Notes under the pieces: generated by a model
Told to the model about the DNA's origin: nothing
The model's database searches: none
The model's input: the letters and a program-made list of their open reading frames with translations, nothing else
Shown: positions 38,307 through 48,716 of the stretch, one piece after another
Layout: every line of letters starts with the position of its first letter
Position numbering within the stretch: the stretch's first letter is position 1
Origin: Terriglobia bacterium
GTDB taxonomy: Bacteria; Acidobacteriota; Terriglobia; Versatilivoradales; Versatilivoraceae
NCBI GenBank assembly: GCA_965215235.1
Contig: OZ244053.1
Location: 1,953,649-2,017,648, forward strand
Length of the DNA: 64,000 bases
Reading direction: 5' to 3'
Position numbers and translations under genes: made by a program

Positions 38307-41300
38307 CGTGGAACCTCAACACCAAGGGTCCCTCGTTCCCCCGTTGCACGTATGGTCTGGTTGTACATGGCTTCGGCTTGAACGGGCGGAAATCGAAAAG
38401 TTCCCGGAGTCACGGCACGGAGCACCGAGTAGATCGTCTGCCACCGGTTTGATGGGAGGTCTATGAAAACCAAGACCCGATCATCGCGAAGATCCAAATG
38501 GGCAAGGCTCAGCTTGGCGCCCGTCATCCAAGGAAGCTTTTCCGTAGTCTGGAGTCGGGGATTCTCCACCTCCAATCCGGAGGGGAGCAGACTCTGAACG
38601 ACAACATTTTCCAGTTTGCCTTGAAGGCTTCTCACTTGCGTACGGACTATGATCAAATCACTCTGCTGCACGGTACTCAGTTCCAGAGGGCTGCCGTCGC
38701 GAGAATGAAATGCCCGTTTGATCTCCAATCCCTGGTTTTGAGGGGTGAATGAGGTGTCCGTAGGCGTACCGCGAACCGATAGAAAGTAGAAGGCCGATCC
38801 GGGCTGGTAGCCTTCATCCATTTCGATACGGATCGGTGTGCCGACGGGCAGGCCAGAAAAGATCTTGGACTCTTTCGCGAAAATACCGATTTGACGCTCC
38901 TCTGCGAATACTCGACCCGAATAGGGGCGACTTTCTTCTTGCCGGCGAAAAAACTGTCCCAGCGCCAGGAAGGCAAAACCACTCTCTTGCGTACTCCACC
39001 CGCCGCTCGTCTCAGCATCCCGTGAAAGGCGTTCAACCAGACGAGGGATTCTTGAATCCTGTGGTGACGCATCCAGGAACGCCAACAACAAGAGAGCCCG
39101 GTTACGTATGGTGGAGTTCAGATTCCTGCCTGTCTGACGATCGATCCTCTGGACATCCTCCAGTCCTTGCACCATTTCATCCAAGACCTCCCGGTTTCCA
39201 ACGGCCGCATAGGCCGCCCCCAGCAAGGCTCGGGACTCGGGTTTCAGTCTGGAGCCATGACGTTTACGGACAAAATCCATCGTCCCCAGGTCAGCCTCTC
39301 CCGACCGGGCCAACACGTAAAGAGCGTAGACCGTTCGCTGGAGTTCGCCTGAACCGTAGGAACCTCGGGCCTTCAGGTCTCCGGCCAGAAACTTGAGCGC
39401 CCCATCATAGAGAAAGTTCTCAACAAAATGTCCGGCTCGACGAGCCTCCACCAGAAAGTGGGTGGCGTAGATACTGCCCCATGGGTAAACCGTGTTGGAA
39501 CCCGGCCACAAAACGAATCCCCCCTGGTGAAGCTGCATGCCGGCGATACGCCGAATACCGGCCCGAATCAGTTCACTGTGGTCGCTTTCCTCAAAGAGTT
39601 CCGGGTCTAGCTCTTTGGCCAAGTCGCTGAAATAGATCAGAGGAAAAACGCGAGAGGTCACCTGCTCCAGGCAGCCATAGGGATAGCGGAGTAGCTGGCG
39701 AAGTTGGCCCGAAAACTGGATTAGTGGCAGGGGGCTGATCTGCAGCCTGCGTCTGACGGAACTCTGGCGGAACGTTGCAGTATCCTCGGGTGGCAGGATA
39801 GTGGTCACCTCCGTGACGCCACCCGTTCGCTCCAGGGTTCGGGCTGGAAGATCGGATCGTACCTGCAAGGTATAGGAGGTTGCTGCCGTCTCCCCGTTCC
39901 CGGAGACTTCCAGACTCAGGTGAATATCTCCGGTGTGATCGCCGCTTTTCAGGCTGAAGTAGATGGTTTGTTCCGAGTTATTGGCGATTGTCAGGCTTTG
40001 AGTAGACTCTCCCGTCTGCGAAACGGGACCCTCTGCCCGAAGGGATAGTCGAAAATTCCCTTCCCTCCCGGTGTCGTTTCGAACGGTGACTGGAAGTTTC
40101 AGATCTTCCTCGAATGAAAGGAAGCGCGGAAAAGTTGGCAGGAGCACCAAAGGATTCCGAACCCGAGTGAAATGCTGAGTCGAGCCAAATCGATTCTTGG
40201 AATGAGCAACTGCCATGATCCGAAGCGCGCCTTGAAACTCAGGGACATCGAATTTGGCGACGGCTCTTCCACGAGAATCTGCGCGGATTATGCCTGACCA
40301 GAAAGTCACCGGCTTTGCTCGTCGAATCCCTTCCGTCCGAACAAACTGTGACAATCGATCCAGAACCGCGCCACCTCCTGCAGCAGACTCACCTTCACTG
40401 GGGCGACTCTCGGGCATGAGCAGCGTAAAGATGTCGTAGCTTTGAACCCCCAAGGCCAGCTTGCTGTAGAAAAAGCTGAATGGATCAGCAGTTTTCTGAT
40501 TGATGAGCTGCAAGATTCCTTCATCGACGGCAGCCACAGTGACCGTTGCACCGGGTCGGGTGCGGATTTCCACCTCGAGTGGGGAGTGGGATCTCATCTC
40601 ATCGGTGGCAACCACTTTGACCGGGAGGTGGTTCCGCTCAAGGTCGACGAAAAGGGGCACGGCTCCAAACGCTCGCCCCGGCTGTCCCGCGGGCAACTCC
40701 TGTGCCGAGCGGATCAATGTCGCGGTAATGTAGACGTTCGGCCGATAGTCGGGACGAATCGGGACGCTGATCTTGGCAGTGTTGCCTGGAAGGTTGAAAA
40801 CTCGTGAGTAATAGACTTGATCCCGTTCCACTGTGAGCCACAGCTTTCCAGGAAAAGGAGCTCTGACCTGCACCTGTGCGCTGGCGCCCAAGGGGTACTC
40901 TTTCTTGTCAAGATCCAGTTCGAGCCGGGTCGGATTCTTGATGGCCCAAGGCGAATAGCCCCATCCGCTGGCGTAAAAATCCACTTCAGAGGAAGCTCCC
41001 GTTTCGGAATCGGTCACGACAACGCGGTAGCTTCCGAATTCCGGCGGGATCAGGGTGAAACGTCCTCGGGAGTTGCCTGCAGCCAGATTCCGACTCTCGA
41101 CCAGCACCGGTTCAACCCTGGATTCATAGCGGTAGCTTCCGGAAGAGGTTTGACGCAAGACCGTGTGCCATCGGTCCCTAAAGAACTCCACCCGAAGGTT
41201 TCCGGCTGCCGCCAGACTCCCCTGCGGATTGACGGCCACATACTCCAAGCGAACCTGTCGGCCCGGCTCGGCGTGGGATTCCTCCATCTTCCGCAAACCC

Positions 41301-43825
41301 ACATAATAAGGATAGGGATGAATGCCGACCCGCTTGAGCGCTGTCACCCCTCGCCCGCCCTGTTCCTGGACTCGCGCCGTAATCACGGCTTCCAAGGAGG
41401 AGGGCACCCTGGGACCTGCAGGAAGACTGACAGTAAAAGCCCGTTTGCCGGAGTCATCCAAACGGTCTTTTTCGGTAAACACCTCACGAGCCTCCAACTT
41501 CCGGCTGGGGTTGTGAAAGACAAACTCCGGATGTGTCCGGGAAGCAAAGACGGTCGGACGTAACCATACACGGCTTTCGACCGCCAAGTCGCGGGCCGGC
41601 GCACCGAACAAATAAGACCCGGCAACTTCGCAAGACACTTCTTCGCCAACACTGTACTCCTCCTTCGCCGAGGAGACTTCGACCTTGATTCGATCAGGAA
41701 CAAACTCCTCGACCTGGAACCGATAGCTCCCGACCACATCTGCAGCGACCACCAACTCGAGCTTGTGATGACCGGTGCGGGCGTAGGCGGGAATGTCAAG
41801 ACTGAACTCGGCCAATCCGTCCCCGTCCGTCTCCAGTTTGGAAAGACTCCGCTCTCGTCCTTGCGGATCCCGATGGCGGATCAAGACCGGCATAGATAGC
41901 GGGACCCGCAGCCGTTTGTCGCGAACAATCGCGAGTCCTTTCAGGGTCTCGCCGGGGCGGTAAATGTCACGCTCTCCATACAAAAAGGCTTGATATCCCG
42001 CTTTCGAAACGGTCACGCCAGACACGTCCAATCCGGCGGTGCTGACGGTGTGACGATCAAGGAGCAAGAAGCTGTAGTCGCTTCCCCTATGCACGGTGAA
42101 CATGAAGGGTCGGTGTTTCTCCAGCGTTTCCTCCAGGTTCCCTGTCCTCCAGATGCCGTCGGTCCCGGTGTTTCCCGAGGCGATGACCTGCTGCTGGTCA
42201 CTGACGAGGTTGACCCGAGCCCGGGAAATGGGACTGAGTTTGGAGAATGAAGACACCCACACCAGAAATTCGTTACCGCTTTTCTTGGCCACGATTCCGA
42301 GGTCCGTGATCAAAAGCCATCGGTAGGAAGCGTAATAAGTGTTGGGCCGAACCAAGCCGATTCGATAGAGACCCGGATCTTCCTTCTTGACGTACTGATC
42401 GAGTTGTATCGGCGTGGAGATCAACTCGTTACGGCCGCCACCCAGGCGCAACGTCTCACGGGCAATCCGATCGCCGAGATGACGATCCATACTTCGTCGA
42501 TAACGTCCTCCATGGCGATACAGGTAGCTCTCAAAACTGAACAGGGCGAACAAGTTGTTGCGGTAGACGCGATCGATAGTCATAGCCACACGGTCCACGT
42601 TCGTGCTTTCGATCGCGACCGTTCGGTAACCGCTGGCGGAAAGAAACTCCCCCTGATGCTTGAAATCGACGTAGGGATCCAAGTCGGCAAACCGAAGCGT
42701 CTCTTTGCGGGAGTCCACCAGCACCGACTCATCGATCGCTGGCAAACCTTGACCCATAGTCACTTCGTAAGCCATGCCTGGCTGGAACTTTCCGCTCAGG
42801 GTCAGTTCATTGCGGGCCGCGGAAATGCGGTAGTCGACGTGCGGCTTCACTTGGAGGTATTGACGTGCGATGTCGGGATCGACCGGTGAGGAAAAGCGAA
42901 GACGAATGACAGAATCCTCGCGACCCGGAACAGCGGAAAAACCACGCACGGTGAGGTTCTCGTTCGAGCCAATAGGGACGGTCTTGATGAAATCCGAGGT
43001 CAGCCGAACGTTCCCTCGACTTGGACTCAACTCGGAGGATATGAACAACGTGACTTCGCGCTCCTTCTTCTGCTTGGCAAGAGGACTACTTCGAAACTCA
43101 ATGACCCGGTTCGGATAGGTCGTGTCGTAAGTGAGAGCGATGGGATCCCGTTCCCCTTTTAGTGGATCTGACAGACGCAAGTGCTTGGCCAACTCTTGTG
43201 GGGAGACCGCATAATTGAAGTTGACTCGTCCACGCAAGATGATGTGCTTGGAAGGATCCGTCAAGGGCTCTTCATAGGTCGACAGTCTCTGGACGCTGAA
43301 CTGATCTGTGACGATTGTGAAACGAGTGTCCCCTTTAAATACCTGGTTCGGGCTGATGATTCGAGTGGCTGAGAGCTCGATTTGGTATCGGGTCGCCATG
43401 GCAAAGCGACCGCTGGGCACGAAACGAAGGACATTCACCGCCTGCCATTGCCAGACTCCACGAAGTTCTGGCTCAATCAGAGCTGGATCACGGGCCAGGA
43501 TTTCTCCGACCCGCCCCTCTCCCAGTGAGCGGTCGAAAATAATGTCCAGCGCACGGAGTTGTCGCCGGTCCAAGACAACATCCAGAACCGATACCGGTTC
43601 TCCCTGAAGTTGGCTTTCATCCCAGGGGATCCATCTGGAAACATGCTCAGCAATCCATACACCGCTCAGGACCAACAACAGAAATGCCAGCACGACGATG
43701 GTGAGATTCTTCCGATCCCTCATCCATGAAAACCGGAACTGCGAAATCGGCAGTTCCCGGAGACGGCTGACAATGATGCTCTTCCGAGCCTTCAACCATG
43801 AAAACAGCGAGTGCAACTTCGACAT
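38303..43825 (-). CDS. Bacterial alpha-2-macroglobulin family protein (thioester-containing, ECAM/YfhM-like), 1840 aa
   Basis: N-terminal membrane anchor, many MG domains and an intact thioester motif YPYGCLEQ (codons at ~39662-39685, minus strand). Co-oriented and overlapping with pbpC. The alternative start at 43723 (MRDRKNL...) cannot be excluded. Confidence 0.9.
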   Translation of the reverse strand: MSKLHSLFSWLKARKSIIVSRLRELPISQFRFSWMRDRKNLTIVVLAFLLLVLSGVWIAEHVSRWIPWDESQLQGEPVSVLDVVLDRRQLRALDIIFDRSLGEGRVGEILARDPALIEPELRGVWQWQAVNVLRFVPSGRFAMATRYQIELSATRIISPNQVFKGDTRFTIVTDQFSVQRLSTYEEPLTDPSKHIILRGRVNFNYAVSPQELAKHLRLSDPLKGERDPIALTYDTTYPNRVIEFRSSPLAKQKKEREVTLFISSELSPSRGNVRLTSDFIKTVPIGSNENLTVRGFSAVPGREDSVIRLRFSSPVDPDIARQYLQVKPHVDYRISAARNELTLSGKFQPGMAYEVTMGQGLPAIDESVLVDSRKETLRFADLDPYVDFKHQGEFLSASGYRTVAIESTNVDRVAMTIDRVYRNNLFALFSFESYLYRHGGRYRRSMDRHLGDRIARETLRLGGGRNELISTPIQLDQYVKKEDPGLYRIGLVRPNTYYASYRWLLITDLGIVAKKSGNEFLVWVSSFSKLSPISRARVNLVSDQQQVIASGNTGTDGIWRTGNLEETLEKHRPFMFTVHRGSDYSFLLLDRHTVSTAGLDVSGVTVSKAGYQAFLYGERDIYRPGETLKGLAIVRDKRLRVPLSMPVLIRHRDPQGRERSLSKLETDGDGLAEFSLDIPAYARTGHHKLELVVAADVVGSYRFQVEEFVPDRIKVEVSSAKEEYSVGEEVSCEVAGSYLFGAPARDLAVESRVWLRPTVFASRTHPEFVFHNPSRKLEAREVFTEKDRLDDSGKRAFTVSLPAGPRVPSSLEAVITARVQEQGGRGVTALKRVGIHPYPYYVGLRKMEESHAEPGRQVRLEYVAVNPQGSLAAAGNLRVEFFRDRWHTVLRQTSSGSYRYESRVEPVLVESRNLAAGNSRGRFTLIPPEFGSYRVVVTDSETGASSEVDFYASGWGYSPWAIKNPTRLELDLDKKEYPLGASAQVQVRAPFPGKLWLTVERDQVYYSRVFNLPGNTAKISVPIRPDYRPNVYITATLIRSAQELPAGQPGRAFGAVPLFVDLERNHLPVKVVATDEMRSHSPLEVEIRTRPGATVTVAAVDEGILQLINQKTADPFSFFYSKLALGVQSYDIFTLLMPESRPSEGESAAGGGAVLDRLSQFVRTEGIRRAKPVTFWSGIIRADSRGRAVAKFDVPEFQGALRIMAVAHSKNRFGSTQHFTRVRNPLVLLPTFPRFLSFEEDLKLPVTVRNDTGREGNFRLSLRAEGPVSQTGESTQSLTIANNSEQTIYFSLKSGDHTGDIHLSLEVSGNGETAATSYTLQVRSDLPARTLERTGGVTEVTTILPPEDTATFRQSSVRRRLQISPLPLIQFSGQLRQLLRYPYGCLEQVTSRVFPLIYFSDLAKELDPELFEESDHSELIRAGIRRIAGMQLHQGGFVLWPGSNTVYPWGSIYATHFLVEARRAGHFVENFLYDGALKFLAGDLKARGSYGSGELQRTVYALYVLARSGEADLGTMDFVRKRHGSRLKPESRALLGAAYAAVGNREVLDEMVQGLEDVQRIDRQTGRNLNSTIRNRALLLLAFLDASPQDSRIPRLVERLSRDAETSGGWSTQESGFAFLALGQFFRRQEESRPYSGRVFAEERQIGIFAKESKIFSGLPVGTPIRIEMDEGYQPGSAFYFLSVRGTPTDTSFTPQNQGLEIKRAFHSRDGSPLELSTVQQSDLIIVRTQVRSLQGKLENVVVQSLLPSGLEVENPRLQTTEKLPWMTGAKLSLAHLDLRDDRVLVFIDLPSNRWQTIYSVLRAVTPGTFRFPPVQAEAMYNQTIRATGERGTLGVEVPR

Positions 43826-44254
43826 TTTGGATCCTCCCGGGCTGACTTGCCCCCCACCAACAGCGTCACCACGTCAGATCCTCGAATTCACCCTGGCGCC
43901 GTTTCGGGTTTCAGGTCAGATCTCCTCTCGTCCAGGCCAAGTTTCCAAAGAGTATTCTTGACAAGAAGCATAACTTAATCGCCGGTCGGATGGCTGGAGT
44001 ATTCCCATTTTTGCCTGGCGCCGGTTTGTCCACCACTGGGTCGCCCTCTCCCGTCGCAGCTTAACCGGGCTGACTACGACCGGGCGGAGCTCAGAGCACC
44101 GATCCCGGAGACAGTCGAGGACAAGGGGTGCAGCCGGCTCAAGACCAGGAGTTGGCGGACCTGAATCCCGGCGACTGCGACGCGATGATCCGGGTGCACA
44201 CCGCTTGACTAAGCGTACGCCAAGAGGTACGCCAGCTATTTCGAAGGTGGCCCC

Positions 44255-44497
44255 GTGACCACGCTGAACGCGACAGAAGCTCATTCCAAACTGTACAAAC
44301 TGATTGACGAGGCGGCCCAATCCCATGGTCGGGTTGTGATTACGGGAAGACGCGGCAACGCAGTCCTCATTGCCGAAGAAGACTGGAACGCAATCAATGA
44401 AACGCTATACCTGCTTTCGATTCCAAGAATGCGCAAGTCTATACGCGAAGGAATGGAATCCAGTCTCGAAAATTGCGAAAAGGAACTGGACTGGTGA
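44255..44497 (+). CDS. yefM: YefM/Phd-family antitoxin
   Basis: VTTLNATEAHSKLYKLIDEAAQSHGRVVITGRRGNAVLIAEEDWNAINETLYLLSIPRMRKSIREGMES... is the YefM fold. GTG start with a GAAGGTGG RBS. Confidence 0.8.
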   Translation: MTTLNATEAHSKLYKLIDEAAQSHGRVVITGRRGNAVLIAEEDWNAINETLYLLSIPRMRKSIREGMESSLENCEKELDW

Positions 44498-44758
44498 CGC
44501 GGGAGCGGTATTTCACCCGATAGGTAAGGAAAGACGCGAGAAAACTGGTTGTTTCCGGATTGAAGAAAACAGCTCACGAATGACTCGATATCATTCGAGA
44601 TAATCCATGTCAGAACCTACTACCTCATGAAGAACTGGTGGGCGATTTGGCCTGCGCATACTCCCGGCGAATCAACATACGACACCGCCTGGTTTACCAG
44701 GTTCTTGAAGGAGGAAAGACCGGTAAAGATCCTACGCCTGTGGACCCGTTACGAGTAG
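44494..44758 (+). pseudogene. yoeB: Decayed YoeB/Txe-family toxin gene (fragments in three frames)
   Basis: Directly after yefM, frame a reads ...FHPIGKERREKTGCFRIEEN.... Frame b reads ...YSRRINIRHRLVYQVLEGG (compare YoeB WSRRITEEHRLVY). Frame c ends ...VKILRLWTRYE* (compare IAACRYHY*). There is no intact N-terminus. Confidence 0.55.
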
Positions 44759-44810
44759 TTTCACTCGAGGTCCCGGGCGACATCGGTCAGGTCAGGTTGA
44801 AGCTCGGGAG

Positions 44811-45884
44811 TCATGACTTCGGAAGCCAACGTTGGAAATGCCTCAGCCAGTTGGCGTGGAAGATGTTGTCCAGGTCGCGCTCAGAATATCCCCTCTCTGC
44901 GAGGATGGGTTCCAGCTTCTGCAGATCCGCTATGGTGTGGAAGTCGGAAGGCATGTGGTTGAGTCCCCCGACGTCGCTTCCGATCGCAGCGTGGAAGCTG
45001 TTTCCCGCCAGTTGGCAGACATGATCGATGTGATCAGCGACCGCCGTGAGCTTCAGGTTCTCCGGAGAAGATTTCCCGTGGACCCATCCGGGAACCAACA
45101 TCCATGCATCCAGAACCAGGCCGATCACCGCGTTGCGACCGATCAACAACCGAATCTGCTCATCGGATAGCTGTCGATCTCCGGGCACCAGGTTTCGACA
45201 GTTGTTGTGACTGGCAATCATCGGACCGGCAAAGTGATCAAGGGCTCCGTAGAAGCTGTCCTCCGAGAGATGAGACACGTCCAGGGTCATGCCCACTTGA
45301 GCCAATTCCTGCAGCAACTCGATGCCTCGCGCAGTGAGCGGTCCCTCGACTCCCGTGCCCGCCGCATACCGGCCGTGACCGAAGTGGGTGAGCGAAACGC
45401 TGCGAAGGCCCTGCTCCCACCAGGACATGACCTGCTCGGGTCCCAGGATGGGGTCAGCACACTCCATGGACACGATGATCCCCACCGGTAACCCGAAACC
45501 CTCCTCCGCACCCCATAGCTGGCACAGCCTGTCCAGATCCTTTGCGCTGCGTACAATGCGCACTTCACCCAATTCCTCAAGCGCCCGGTAGTAGGCCAAC
45601 TGCCCTTGGGCACTAGCATAAGCCATGGCCTGCGTGGCGTAATCCAAATCGAGGCGACTGATGGGCCTCACTTTGCGGTTGACCCGAGCCGCCAGCGTTG
45701 ACTGGCACACGACTACCCGACCTTGCCTCATATCCGGCAGGCTGATGGCGCCCAAGCCCCGGTCCAACGCATCCGTCATACCCCGTTCGCGTTCGTTGAT
45801 GACGGTTGCCTGCTCGGTCAAATCCCGATTGTAGGCCAAAGCGAACAAGGCCAAGTCCACGTGCCCGTCAAAAATCAATCTCAT
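44811..45884 (-). CDS. Membrane dipeptidase (peptidase M19 / renal dipeptidase family)
   Basis: MRLIFDGHVDLALFA...DVSHLSEDSF...HFGHGRY... are the M19 zinc-ligand motifs. GGGGAGGAA RBS before the ATG at 45884. Confidence 0.85.
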   Translation of the reverse strand: MRLIFDGHVDLALFALAYNRDLTEQATVINERERGMTDALDRGLGAISLPDMRQGRVVVCQSTLAARVNRKVRPISRLDLDYATQAMAYASAQGQLAYYRALEELGEVRIVRSAKDLDRLCQLWGAEEGFGLPVGIIVSMECADPILGPEQVMSWWEQGLRSVSLTHFGHGRYAAGTGVEGPLTARGIELLQELAQVGMTLDVSHLSEDSFYGALDHFAGPMIASHNNCRNLVPGDRQLSDEQIRLLIGRNAVIGLVLDAWMLVPGWVHGKSSPENLKLTAVADHIDHVCQLAGNSFHAAIGSDVGGLNHMPSDFHTIADLQKLEPILAERGYSERDLDNIFHANWLRHFQRWLPKS

Positions 45885-46218
45885 CACGGAATTCCTCCCC
45901 TGCCAAAAGACGGTTACCCGCAACGGTCCTTTTTCCAGCGACGGAGGCTACCGGTCGGATGCCCTCGGAAAAAAAGGGGGGAGCGGATCAGTAAATGGAT
46001 AGTAGGCGTCTGCTATTCGATCCGCGGCTCTGCGGAACCGTACCGACAAGACAAGGGCAAAGTACTGGTATTCGCCATCCACCTCAAGCGGAGAGCCCAT
46101 CACCCATGGAAAAGTTATAGGGCCTCAAACAAAGGAAGGGGCGGCGCCAATTCTTTCGGCCGGCTGGCGCAAACGCTACTCGGCTTTCCTGGATTCCCGC
46201 CGGAGTTCCTGGGGGAAG

Positions 46219-47658
46219 CTATCGCCGAGGGGCCTGTCCTGTCACCTCACCATCGGCCGCGTTCTCCATGTACTCCTGCACTTCAGTTTGGGTTTCCTCC
46301 TCGGTGACGGCTTTAGCGCTGAGTGAAATCCTGCGATTGCCAAGGTCCATGCCCAACATCTTGACAACGATTGCCTCTCCCGGCTTGTAGTTTGACACAG
46401 AGGCCCTCCCGGGTATGTCCGGAAGTTCAGAAATGTGTACCAGTCCTTCTACCCCCTCAGCCAACTCGACAAACAATCCAAAATCGGCCGTACGGGTCAC
46501 TATGCCTTTAAGAATCGCATCGACTTCGGTGCTTCGGGCGAAGGCCTCCCAGGGATGCTCGGTAACCTGCTTCAGGCTCATCGACATCTTTCGATTGCCG
46601 GGGTCGAGCCTCGTCACCACGATTTCGATGACATCGTTAACCTTCAATACCTGGTCTGCGTGGGACAATCGCCGAGTCCATGAAATTTCCGAGATGGGCA
46701 ACAATCCCTGGATGCCAGACTCGAGTTCCACGAAAGCTCCAAAATGCTCCAGCTTTTTGACGGTTCCGGTGATCACGGCGCCCTCTGGGTAAAGCTCAGC
46801 GGCATTGAGCCACGGGTCGTCCTCGGCTTTGCGATACCCCAAAGAGATCCGGCACCGCTCGCGATCGTATTTAAGAACTGCCACCTCAATTTTGTCACCG
46901 ACCTTAAAAAGCTGTGAGGGATGTTTAATTCGTCTCCACGACATCTCGGAAATATGAAGCAGACCCTCGACGCCACCGATGTCCACAAAGACTCCGTACT
47001 CGAGAATCCTCCGGATCACCCCTGGCAAGCGCTGTCCGACGGCCAAAGTGGCCAATGTTTCCTTGCGTCTCTTTGCCCGGGCCTCATTGAGTAGCGCTCG
47101 TCGCGACAGAATCAACTTCCCATTGGGCAGGTCATGCTGCATGACCTTGAGTGTCAGGGTCTGACCCAAATAGGGCCTGAGATCCTCCACGTAGGATTCA
47201 TCGATTTGGGAGGCCGGGATAAAGCCCCGCATCCCAACGTCCGCCAGCAGACCGCCCTTGACGACCTCGACGACCTTTCCCTCGAGGTTCTTGCCACTGT
47301 CGATCGATTCCTGCAGCGCCGCGAGTTGCTTGGCGCGGAGAGCCTTGCGGAAGGAGACCCTGAGCTGGTTGTCGGAATCGGCCGAACCCTCTAACATGAC
47401 GGATATGGAATCGCCCATTCCAAACATCAGCTTTCCATCGGGACCCTTAATTTCATCTTTTTGCAGGGTGCCTTCTGACCGACCACCGGCATCCACCAAG
47501 ATTTCATTGTCGTAGATGCCCACGATCTTACCTTCTACGACCTGCCCCGGTTTCAGTTGTTGACGAGATTTTTCATACTTCGCGAACAGAGTGGCAAAAT
47601 CTTCCTCACTGCCGTTATGGGTTTCGTTATTTTCGTCCAATTGATCTTTGTTCTCCAT
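46219..47658 (-). CDS. rpsA: 30S ribosomal protein S1
   Basis: Repeated S1 domains (GQVVEGKIVGI..., GKVVEVVKGGLLADV..., GAVITGTVKKLEHFGAFVEL..., LKGIVTRTADFGLFVEL...). GGAG RBS before the ATG at 47658. Confidence 0.9.
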   Translation of the reverse strand: MENKDQLDENNETHNGSEEDFATLFAKYEKSRQQLKPGQVVEGKIVGIYDNEILVDAGGRSEGTLQKDEIKGPDGKLMFGMGDSISVMLEGSADSDNQLRVSFRKALRAKQLAALQESIDSGKNLEGKVVEVVKGGLLADVGMRGFIPASQIDESYVEDLRPYLGQTLTLKVMQHDLPNGKLILSRRALLNEARAKRRKETLATLAVGQRLPGVIRRILEYGVFVDIGGVEGLLHISEMSWRRIKHPSQLFKVGDKIEVAVLKYDRERCRISLGYRKAEDDPWLNAAELYPEGAVITGTVKKLEHFGAFVELESGIQGLLPISEISWTRRLSHADQVLKVNDVIEIVVTRLDPGNRKMSMSLKQVTEHPWEAFARSTEVDAILKGIVTRTADFGLFVELAEGVEGLVHISELPDIPGRASVSNYKPGEAIVVKMLGMDLGNRRISLSAKAVTEEETQTEVQEYMENAADGEVTGQAPRR

Positions 47659-47920
47659 GGAAACTCCGCCGAATTGAAACTTCAGAGGCAAATTATAGCA
47701 GATGCACAGTGCTTTACCAGTGCAATCGAAAAGAGCCTCCGCCGTCTGGAGTTGCAGCGTTGAAGGCAATTTCAGACACATAAGAGCTACGAGGACGGAT
47801 CGCTTGTGGCAGTGAGAGGCCCAGACTCAAGGTAGGATCCAAGTGCGGAGCCTGGACAGATTGGGGGGAGCAAGGCTCGACAGACTTTCCAACCATCGCT
47901 CCCCCGGCAGGGATGAACGA

Positions 47921-48550
47921 CTACCCTGTTACGTACTTCTTGTAACGGCTCTCAATCCTTTCCCAGTGGAGTTTCGAAAGGAAGTTGTCTATATACTTGA
48001 CTCGTCCCGGCCCATCCTTGTGATAGTAGGCGTGCTCGAACACGTCACAGGAAATCAGAGGGATTCCTCCCCAGATCGCTCCGTACTGATGCTCGTCGAC
48101 CAGGACGTTGATCAGACGCTGCGAATAGAGGGCATCATAGACCAGCAATCCCCAGCCGCTGAGCTTCGCCGCGAAGGCAGACGCCTTAAAATCTGCCTTC
48201 CAGTTGTCGATCGAACCGAACTCGGCGGTCAGTGCTTTGGAAAGCTCGGGAGCCTGAGAGGCATCGCCGTCTCCACCCATGACTTCCCAGTACACATCAT
48301 GGAGTAGAGCTCCGGCGTGGTTCCAAGTGAAGCGGCGCTTCAGCTCTCCTACCTGGCTATAGTTCCCGTTCGCCTTGGCTCGGTCTGCGGATTCCAACTC
48401 CTTTTCAATGTTATTCAAAAAGGTAACATACCCTTTATGGTGGGTATTGTAATGCCAGTTTGTGGTTTCGGGTGAGACCACATCCTTCAACAACTCTTTG
48501 GCCTCATCATCAGAATAAGGCCTGGGATTAAACGTCCATTCGTAAGCCAT
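47921..48550 (-). CDS. Fe/Mn superoxide dismutase
   Basis: MAYEWTFNPRPYS...HHKGYVTFLNN...WNHAGALLHDVYWE...DVFEHAYY. AGGAGG RBS before the ATG at 48550. Confidence 0.9.
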   Translation of the reverse strand: MAYEWTFNPRPYSDDEAKELLKDVVSPETTNWHYNTHHKGYVTFLNNIEKELESADRAKANGNYSQVGELKRRFTWNHAGALLHDVYWEVMGGDGDASQAPELSKALTAEFGSIDNWKADFKASAFAAKLSGWGLLVYDALYSQRLINVLVDEHQYGAIWGGIPLISCDVFEHAYYHKDGPGRVKYIDNFLSKLHWERIESRYKKYVTG

Positions 48551-48716
48551 ACGGTTTCCTCCTTGCATAAAAAATCAGGGTTATACGGAGAATGCAGCCC
48601 TGACTGGATCTTTCAAAGCCCAGAGAATTGGCGCCAGCGATTCTCCACGAAAGTGTCGGGTAATCATAATGCGACCAGAATCGTCAGTCAACTATAGCCA
48701 GCTCGGGTCCAAACCT

